From positions 1-13,055 of the forward strand of contig JALUCS010000070.1 of assembly GCA_027050205.1 (NCBI GenBank): DNA of 13,055 bases, given 5' to 3'. This stretch comes from a candidate division WOR-3 bacterium (lineage in GTDB: Bacteria > Hydrothermota > Hydrothermia > LBFQ01). The translations under genes and the position numbers were made by a program. The notes under the pieces are model-generated. The model searched no databases, had not been told where the DNA came from, and saw only the letters and a list, made by a program, of their open reading frames with translations. Shown one piece after another: positions 7,024 through 13,055 of the stretch (its first letter is position 1; the number at the start of each line of letters is the position of its first letter).

Positions 7024-9075
7024 ATGCTTCTACTTTTGGCGTTCCATTCGGGATACGCGCACAAGATTGTGAGGGTGTGGGCCTCACCGGCCGAGCTGCA
7101 GAGTCCAACCCTTAGGGCGGTGGATGTCGTCGGCTTCTCCCCCAAGGGGGAGTGGACGGATGTCCTCGTGAGCGATGAGGAGTTAGACGCCATCAAGGCC
7201 CTCGGCTTCAGGACGGAGGTCGTGGTCCCCGACGTCCGGGAGTACTCCTATATGGTTATGGGTTCCTACCGGACCACCTCGCAGGTCTTCTCGGACTTAG
7301 TGTCCTACGCCACCACCTACCCCTCCATTACCCGCCTTGACACCCTCGCCTTCACCTACGAGGGTCGTCCCGTTATGGTCCTAAGGATAACCGACAACCC
7401 CGACATAGACGAGGGGGAGCCGGCCGTCCTCATAACGGGCCTACACCACGCGAGGGAGTGGCCCACGGTTGAGATAACTATGTTTGCCATAGACACCCTC
7501 CTTAGGGGGTACGGCTCCGATCCCCAGATAACCGACTTCGTCAACAACCTTGACATCTACGTCATTCCCCTCGTAAATCCGGACGGCTACCACTACTCCC
7601 ACGACCTCGGCAACAATATGTGGCGTAAGAACAGGCACTACTTCCCCGAATTCGGTACCTACGGCGTAGACGACAACCGCAACTACGCTGGTTCGGCGAA
7701 CGGCGACCCAAGGGGGGAGAACTGTACCCCGACGCCGGGTACCACCAACTACCCTTCGGATAACGTGTATTGCGGTCCATACGGTTTCAGCGAGAGCGAG
7801 ATAGCCGCCATAGGTGAGTTCGTAAGGAACCACCCCAACCTCGTAGCTGCCGTCAACTACCACACCTATTCTGGGGCCGTCCTCTACCCGTGGGGCTATA
7901 CCACGGCCGATGCACCCGATGCCACCTACCTCTACGCCATAGCCGACAGCATGGCCTCACAGATGGTCACGGAGAACGGCAACCCCTACGAGGCTATGCA
8001 GGCCCCCGACATCGGTTATACGGCGACGGCCGACTCCGACGACTGGGAGTACGGACACTCCATCTACGTGAGTGGCTATCCTATGCTGGCCTTTACGGTT
8101 GAGGCCTGCGAGCAGTTCCAACCCCCGGAGAGCGATTTGGACCAGATAGTCAGGGAGAACTGGGAGGGTCTGGCCGCCCTCCTCCGGAACGCCCCGGACA
8201 TCCGCAACCACCTCAAGCCGATGGTGATAATAGACTCCCTCGTAGTGGGCGACACCGTACCCAACACCTTCAACGTATCCGCCACCCTCAAGTCCCCTTA
8301 CATGGACCCCGTTAGGTACGCCCTCCGCTACTTCAACTCCTACGCCTACGGTACGGACGACGCCGAGACCTCTATGGAACTGTGGGATTACGTCGGTTTC
8401 AGCCGGTCCTCCTCCCGTTCCTACAGTGGCTCCTACTCCTTCGCCGCCAACTACAGCAACCGGGTAGCATACCATATGACCACCAAGTACCCCTACCTCG
8501 TGCAGCCCGGCGATAGCTTGACCTTCTGGACGTGGTACGACATAGAGGAGAACTACGACGCCGCCTTCGTTGAGGTTTCCACCAACGGTAGGGAGTTCCA
8601 CCAGCTAGAGAAGTTTACGGGCAACTCCGGCGGATGGGTGAGGAAGGCTTACGACCTCTCTCCCTGGGTTGGGAAGTGGGTATTCTTCCGGTTCCGCTTC
8701 GTGAGCGACGCCTACACTACGGCCAACGGCTTCTTCGTAGATGATATATCCCCTGTGCCGGATATGGGGACGGCCACCGTCGTGGATACCAACATCACAT
8801 CCCTGCCCTACACTTTGACACTGTCGGCCGGCACATACTACCTCCAGATGAGGGGGTACAACACCGCCAAGGGATGGGGAGACTGGAGCGCCCCCAAGGA
8901 GGTGGTGGTGAGCAACGGTGTGGATGTGGCCGAGATGGGAGAGGGTACCGCGAGTGGCTACGGTCCCTCCGTCTACACGGCCGATGGCAGGTATATAGGC
9001 GATAGGGTGCCGGAGAGAAAGGGGGTGTACTTCGTCCGTCAGGGGAGACAAGTCCGCAAGGTCGTGGTCAGGTAA
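7024..9075 (+). CDS. Secreted M14 zinc carboxypeptidase (carboxypeptidase T-like) with propeptide, InhA/MAM-like jelly-roll domain and short T9SS-like C-terminal tail
   Basis: GLHHAREW (HxxE), NPDGY, WRKNR, GVDDNRNY, NYHTYS (third Zn ligand), FTVE (probable catalytic Glu). Later LTFWTWYDIEENYD..VEVS...FRFRFVSD...GFFVDDI. Ends VYTADGR...KGVYFV...RKVVVR. Confidence 0.92.
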   Translation: MLLLLAFHSGYAHKIVRVWASPAELQSPTLRAVDVVGFSPKGEWTDVLVSDEELDAIKALGFRTEVVVPDVREYSYMVMGSYRTTSQVFSDLVSYATTYPSITRLDTLAFTYEGRPVMVLRITDNPDIDEGEPAVLITGLHHAREWPTVEITMFAIDTLLRGYGSDPQITDFVNNLDIYVIPLVNPDGYHYSHDLGNNMWRKNRHYFPEFGTYGVDDNRNYAGSANGDPRGENCTPTPGTTNYPSDNVYCGPYGFSESEIAAIGEFVRNHPNLVAAVNYHTYSGAVLYPWGYTTADAPDATYLYAIADSMASQMVTENGNPYEAMQAPDIGYTATADSDDWEYGHSIYVSGYPMLAFTVEACEQFQPPESDLDQIVRENWEGLAALLRNAPDIRNHLKPMVIIDSLVVGDTVPNTFNVSATLKSPYMDPVRYALRYFNSYAYGTDDAETSMELWDYVGFSRSSSRSYSGSYSFAANYSNRVAYHMTTKYPYLVQPGDSLTFWTWYDIEENYDAAFVEVSTNGREFHQLEKFTGNSGGWVRKAYDLSPWVGKWVFFRFRFVSDAYTTANGFFVDDISPVPDMGTATVVDTNITSLPYTLTLSAGTYYLQMRGYNTAKGWGDWSAPKEVVVSNGVDVAEMGEGTASGYGPSVYTADGRYIGDRVPERKGVYFVRQGRQVRKVVVR

Positions 9076-9084
9076 AGAATATCC

Positions 9085-9115
9085 GGGGAGGGGGTGGATG
9101 CCCCTTCCCCTATTA
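9085..9115 (+). terminator. Probable intrinsic terminator after the M14 peptidase gene
   Basis: Hairpin GGGGAGGGGG-tggatg-CCCCTTCCCC (10 bp, one G-U) 9 nt after the stop. The following tatta is only a weak U-tract. Confidence 0.55.
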
Positions 9116-10203
9116 CGGTGGCCCATCCTCCGGCGTCTCGCTCCTGTTAGGCGTTTTGCATATGGAGTGATGACCTCCAAGGAGCCGATAGATGGGCCAA
9201 ATCCGTAGGGGAGATTGCAGCAATATTGAAGTCAGACTACGAGTTTTCCGAAATGCGAGTACTATTTCTTTTAAGTTCAATTGCGTTTTTGAATGTGCGT
9301 CCCATCGGCGAGAACCACCCCTTCCGTCAGGGTTTCAACGGGGGGCGCCGTACCTGATCTTGGGATGCACTATCAAACCGGATGTTGCAATATTTGTATA
9401 TCATCAGAAGATTGCACAGTTTTTACAGGATTTAGGTTGATATATTAAAATTCTTCGTTAAAATTCTTCCTAAAAGTTGATGCTTACAATCATTTATTGT
9501 CTTGAAGGTACGAAGTCAAAACTCGCAGGGAGGATAACGAGATGTTTGGCGGATGGTACGATGCAGCCTACAAGGACCCGGTGAAACGGAATTCCCCATA
9601 TAGGATTTCTACTAATCGTATCTCGTACCTCCCGAAGGTGGGTTAAATACCGCCGTTCTTCTGGAAAGCACACTGTCGCACTTTTCAACGTATCTATGTA
9701 AAGGTGAGACACTTCTATGCTAATCTCTAACAGTGCCATCGGCTACACGTATTCGCCCGATGAGGCGACTCCGCTTTCATTGGGTCGTTGGAGCGAATTT
9801 CCTATACTCGGAACCTTGGACCCGGATCGGTTTCCGAGGAGGTGGAGCGTAGGAGATGCTCTTCAAAATCCGCAATTGAAGGGCGACTTACGATTTTTTG
9901 AAGTCCAACCCACAGTTTTTAGAGAGGTGTTGTGCAACCTCCGGCGATGGATAGAACGTCATCCTAAGGATACTACGGCTCCATAAATCTCTTGTAAGGT
10001 GCGGGTGGAGGGCTATTCCCTTGTCGGTAATTTTTTGATGTCTTGTAATTAACAAATTTATTGAAATATTTGCAAATTGATTTTTATTCTACCAACATCA
10101 CGGGAATCGTTCTGCTTGGGATATGACGGAATGCATCGTAGCAATCTACGTGATCGTTGATGGCGTCCTAAAAAACCCCGGCTTATCGTACCGTTTTCTG
10201 CCT
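9116..10203. other. Low-GC, gene-poor intergenic segment (possibly decayed foreign DNA or regulatory region)
   Basis: Counted GC 14/60 at 9421-9480 and 13/60 at 10021-10080, versus 41/60 at 10501-10560. The 81-89 aa ORFs here resemble no family I recognise. Confidence 0.7.
9445..9469 (+). repeat. Tandem direct repeat TTAAAATTCTTC x2 (13-nt period)
   Basis: ttaaaattcttc-g-ttaaaattcttc, followed by a degenerate third unit ctaaaagtt. Confidence 0.8.
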
Positions 10204-10206
10204 TAA
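10123..10206 (+). pseudogene. Possible N-terminal remnant of an IS982-family transposase (27 codons)
   Basis: MTECIVAIYVIVDGVLKNPG resembles, from memory, the IS982 N-terminal pattern IxAIYxxxDDxLK. No downstream domain or terminal inverted repeat recognised. Confidence 0.3.
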
Positions 10207-10209
10207 AAT
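10204..10209 (+). promoter_or_regulatory. -10 hexamer TAAAAT immediately upstream of the 10219 gene
   Basis: cctTAAAATaccactgttATG (9-nt spacer); no SD. Confidence 0.6.
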
Positions 10210-10218
10210 ACCACTGTT

Positions 10219-11649
10219 ATGCTGATCCTTATCCTCTCTCAACTCTCCGACACCCTGTGGGTGAGGGTCTTCCCCCGTCCGGGGGAGCAGAGAGCCTTCT
10301 CCAGCGTGGTTGAGGAGACGGGGGTTGTCCTGGTCGGATACACCACGCAGATGGGGAACCGGGACGGCTACATCGTAGCCATAGACACGACCGGGAACAT
10401 CGTATGGGAGACCGTAGTAAGGCGGGCGGGGTCGGACGAGGTGTTGAGGGACATCGTCAAGGTGCCGGGTGGGTACTTCGCCGTCGGATGGGAGGGGACA
10501 CCGGGGGCGCGGAACATCTTCGCCGTCCGCCTTGACACCCTTGGCAACGTCCTCTGGGACACCACCTACGGCTCCAGCGATGAGGAGGGCCTCTACGGGG
10601 TAACCTACGACCCCCACCGCGACCTCCTCTGGGGCGCCGGCTTTTACCGGCCGGACGGAGACTCCACCTACGGCGGCTACGTCGTCTCCATAGATCCGGG
10701 CGGGGCCTTAACTCCAGCCTTCCGGATAGACACCGCCAGGTACCTCCTTGATACCATACCCAACGTACTGGCCACGTGCTACAACGTGAGCGTAGGACCA
10801 GACGGTACCCTCGCCATAGACTGTAAGACCAGCAGATGGTACTATGGCACAATTTTCCTGCCCTACACGTGCTTCACGGACAGTGCGGCTACGGGAATAG
10901 AGAGGTGCCTGACCCTGACAAGCTGGACAGGGGATCCCGGCGATTACATCGCTGGCTTCTCCGCCTTAACGGTGTTCCGGGACACCATCCAGACCTTTAC
11001 CGGCTCCACCGGCTCCACCGTCGCGGGGGACTACTTCGGCCCCAACATCACTGGCCTGTCAGTATGGCTCCTGCAGGACTGGGATCCCAGACCCGTCCAC
11101 TGGTTCCGCCCCGCAACCCCCGACACCATGTGGGAGACCTTCCCCGTATGGGGGGACAGCGTAGGGGACTCCCTCTTCGTATGGATGGCCGCAAGCAGGG
11201 ACCTTAGCGATTACACGAGTATGCCGTTCTACGACCCCTACGATACGACGGCACCCTTCCCGGAGCCGGGGGATATGGACAACGCCCGCATCGTCCTGTT
11301 CTTTGCGGAGAACGAGAACGGAATCTACGCCTTCCGAAGGAGCCGGGTGTACGACTTCCCGAATACCGACGTCGGCGTCTCGGCGAAGGTCATACCGGGA
11401 GACTCCACGGACTACCTCATAGCCGGCTACACGAACTCCCTGTCCAGCGACCTTGACATCTTCGTTATGAGAGTGAGGCCGGAGCGGTTGGGTGTGGCCG
11501 AGAGGTACGGCCCCGTGGCCGGAGATGGTCGCAGGAGAGCCATATACGACCCCGCCGGCAGGCTCTTGGGCCACGACATCCCGCCCAGAGTGCGGGGCGT
11601 ATTCTTCGTGGTTGAGGGGAGGAGAGTCAGGAGGGTGATAGTGAGGTAG
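10219..11649 (+). CDS. Hypothetical secreted beta-propeller-repeat protein with short T9SS-like C-terminal tail
   Basis: ~50-aa repeats ending (I/L)DTxGN(I/V)xW, plus a last unit YLIAGYTNS..DIFVMRV. Hydrophobic start MLILILSQ. Ends IYDPAGR...RGVFFV...RRVIVR. Host-like codon usage. Confidence 0.85.
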   Translation: MLILILSQLSDTLWVRVFPRPGEQRAFSSVVEETGVVLVGYTTQMGNRDGYIVAIDTTGNIVWETVVRRAGSDEVLRDIVKVPGGYFAVGWEGTPGARNIFAVRLDTLGNVLWDTTYGSSDEEGLYGVTYDPHRDLLWGAGFYRPDGDSTYGGYVVSIDPGGALTPAFRIDTARYLLDTIPNVLATCYNVSVGPDGTLAIDCKTSRWYYGTIFLPYTCFTDSAATGIERCLTLTSWTGDPGDYIAGFSALTVFRDTIQTFTGSTGSTVAGDYFGPNITGLSVWLLQDWDPRPVHWFRPATPDTMWETFPVWGDSVGDSLFVWMAASRDLSDYTSMPFYDPYDTTAPFPEPGDMDNARIVLFFAENENGIYAFRRSRVYDFPNTDVGVSAKVIPGDSTDYLIAGYTNSLSSDLDIFVMRVRPERLGVAERYGPVAGDGRRRAIYDPAGRLLGHDIPPRVRGVFFVVEGRRVRRVIVR

Positions 11650-11668
11650 CCCCACGGCCCCTTTTCCG

Positions 11669-11677
11669 TGTTAAAAT
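11669..11677 (+). promoter_or_regulatory. Extended -10 (TGnTAAAAT) immediately upstream of the TPR/PD40 gene
   Basis: TGtTAAAATttccccTTG (6-nt spacer). The TAA of the hexamer is the in-frame upstream stop, so TTG 11684 is the earliest possible start. Confidence 0.65.
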
Positions 11678-11683
11678 TTCCCC

Positions 11684-13055
11684 TTGGTAGTACTGATAGC
11701 AGCACTCGGCAGGCTGGATATGTTTCCCCCTCTGCGGGACAGGTATCACAACCTCTTCAAGGCCCGGAAGTACGACGAGCTTAAAAAGAAGTACGCCAAA
11801 CGGAAGGACGCCCGGAGCCTCTACCAGCTCGGATGGGTGTATTACCAGCTGGGGAAGTACGATTCGGCCGGGAACGCCTTCTTCAGGGCCGCCCAGAGCC
11901 TCAACTACGGGGACACCTTCCGCCTCAAGGCGCTTCTGAACGCCGCCCTCTCCTACGGCAGGGCCTACAGGTTTGACGAGGCGATGGGCCTCCTGAACAC
12001 CTACCTGTCCGAGACGGGGCCGGACTACCCGGAGTGGTTCCCGATGAAATCCGACGTTGAGAGGAAGATAAGGGACTTCCGGGAGCTGAAGGAGGTCTAC
12101 AAACGCCGCTTTAAAGGGGTGAAGATAGAGCAGATAAGGGAGCTGGTCCTCCCCATAAAGCGGTACTACATCCTTAGGGATGGGACGGGAGGGGACTACT
12201 CCCCGGTAATAAGCGCGGACGGGAGCGTGATGCTCTTCGTCTCCACCCGTCTCGGTGGCAAGGGCAGGGAGGACATCTGGATAACCTACCGGAGAGGGGG
12301 TAAGTGGAGCAGACCCCTGAACCTCAAGAACCTGAACTCCAAGTCCTCGGAGGGAGCGAGCGGCATAACGGCTAACAACCGTACCATCCTCCTGACCTAC
12401 CCATCGGCCCCCCATCCCACCCTCCCCATGCGTAAGGGGGGGATCCGTCAGGGGTACGGGAATATGGACATCTTCAAGTCGGAGAGGATAGGCTCCGGGT
12501 GGGGGAACTGGGGAGACCCGAAGAACCTCGGCTCACCGCCGAACAGCCGGTTCTGGGACGGGCAGGCCACCATAACGTCCGACGGTAAGTACCTATTCTT
12601 CGCTTCCACCCGCCCCGGTGGGTACGGGGGTATGGACATATGGATGTGCATCCGTAAAGACGACAGCACCTGGTCCGAGCCTATAAACCTCGGCCCGAAC
12701 GTAAACACGCCGGGGAACGAGCTGTCCCCCTTCATCCATCCCGACGGTAAGACCCTCTACTTCGCCTCCAACGGCTGGCCCAGCTTCGGGGGGTACGACG
12801 TCTTCGTCGCCAAGAGGGTGTCCGAGAGGAGGTTCTCCAGGGCTCGGAACCTCGGCCTGCCGTACAACACGCAGGAGGACGACATCTTCCTCTCCATACC
12901 GGCCGCCTCCGACTGGATATACGTCTCACGGGTGGACTCCATAGACCCGAAGAGCGGCGTAAGGATATACCACCTCTACAGGGCGAAGATACCGGAGAGG
13001 AAGTCCCTGACCCCCGCCCAGAGGAAGGTCATACCCGAACCGGTCAATCTGGTGA
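11684..13055 (+). CDS. TPR + PD40 (WD40-like) beta-propeller protein, PorE/OmpA-family-like, 3'-truncated; absent from the ORF track
   Basis: Manual translation, open to the window end: MVVLIAALGRLDMFPPLRDRY..., TPR (SLYQLGWVYYQLGKYDSAGNAFFRA; ALLNAALSYGRAYRFDEAM), PD40 repeats (DYSPVISADGSVMLFVSTRLGGKGREDIW; DGKYLFFASTRPGGYGGMDIW; WSEPINLGPNVNTPGNELSPFIHPDGKTLYFASNG), ending ...IPEPVNLV. Alternative start ATG 11720. Confidence 0.9.
   Translation, partial: MVVLIAALGRLDMFPPLRDRYHNLFKARKYDELKKKYAKRKDARSLYQLGWVYYQLGKYDSAGNAFFRAAQSLNYGDTFRLKALLNAALSYGRAYRFDEAMGLLNTYLSETGPDYPEWFPMKSDVERKIRDFRELKEVYKRRFKGVKIEQIRELVLPIKRYYILRDGTGGDYSPVISADGSVMLFVSTRLGGKGREDIWITYRRGGKWSRPLNLKNLNSKSSEGASGITANNRTILLTYPSAPHPTLPMRKGGIRQGYGNMDIFKSERIGSGWGNWGDPKNLGSPPNSRFWDGQATITSDGKYLFFASTRPGGYGGMDIWMCIRKDDSTWSEPINLGPNVNTPGNELSPFIHPDGKTLYFASNGWPSFGGYDVFVAKRVSERRFSRARNLGLPYNTQEDDIFLSIPAASDWIYVSRVDSIDPKSGVRIYHLYRAKIPERKSLTPAQRKVIPEPVNLV

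Noticed and set aside
6033..7115. 360-aa + strand ORF and other long antisense or alternate-frame ORFs (3082-3732, 7957-8601, 8605-9180, 11059-11655, 11627-12415)
   Set aside because: Shadow ORFs of well-supported genes in GC-rich DNA, with no recognisable motifs.
9253..9357. 34-aa ORF containing HPFRQGFNGGRRT, reminiscent of the Fic motif HPFxxGNGR
   Set aside because: It needs two insertions in a 9-residue motif, and the flanks are not Fic-like.
9445..9478. AT-rich 13-nt-period repeats as an oriC unwinding element or CRISPR repeats
   Set aside because: No clustered DnaA boxes nearby; only two adjacent copies, no spacers and no cas genes.
9572..9597. aaggacccggtgaaacggaattcccc resembles part of a cobalamin riboswitch core
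   Set aside because: The T-loop is incomplete, and there is no downstream B12 box in the right order.
9677..9704. dif-like site (ctatgtaaagg resembles a XerD arm)
   Set aside because: The left arm does not resemble a XerC site and lacks the inner dyad symmetry.
9192..9986. Short ORFs 9192-9440 (+), 9494-9739 (-) and 9717-9986 (+) as genes
   Set aside because: No recognisable family, atypical codon usage, and no adjacent -10 box of the local type; cannot be supported.
10171..10188. AAAACCCCGGCTTATCG resembles the 3' P4 strand of RNase P RNA
   Set aside because: The required upstream GAGGAAAGTCC element is absent, and the region is too AT-rich and unstructured.

Overview
GC-rich bacterial chromosomal window. 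Frequent AGG/ATA codons and T9SS-like C-terminal tails suggest a thermophilic FCB-group lineage such as WOR-3; this is inference only. The left half is housekeeping: 5'-truncated argS (+), facing a minus-strand run of a stand-alone nuoF-like gene, a creatininase-family gene, recG, a DUF151 nuclease and xerC. The right half (+) encodes envelope or secreted proteins: an M14 zinc carboxypeptidase, a beta-propeller-repeat protein, and a 3'-truncated TPR + PD40 (PorE-like) protein that the ORF track missed. A ~1.1 kb low-GC, gene-poor stretch lies between the first two. Most notable: (i) six genes have a TA(G/A)AAT -10 hexamer 5-9 nt before the start codon and no SD, suggesting leaderless expression; (ii) the predicted exported proteins have ultra-short uncharged hydrophobic N-termini, two share a ~50-aa miniature C-terminal sorting tail, and D-(S/T)-(A/L/V/I/M/T) O-glycosylation-type sequons are strongly enriched, together suggesting a streamlined T9SS-like export pathway; (iii) the orphan NuoF has a rewritten nucleotide-binding motif (YICGEETAL to YIAGYAVST), hinting at NADPH or other non-NADH specificity; (iv) ArgS has NVAN instead of HIGH.
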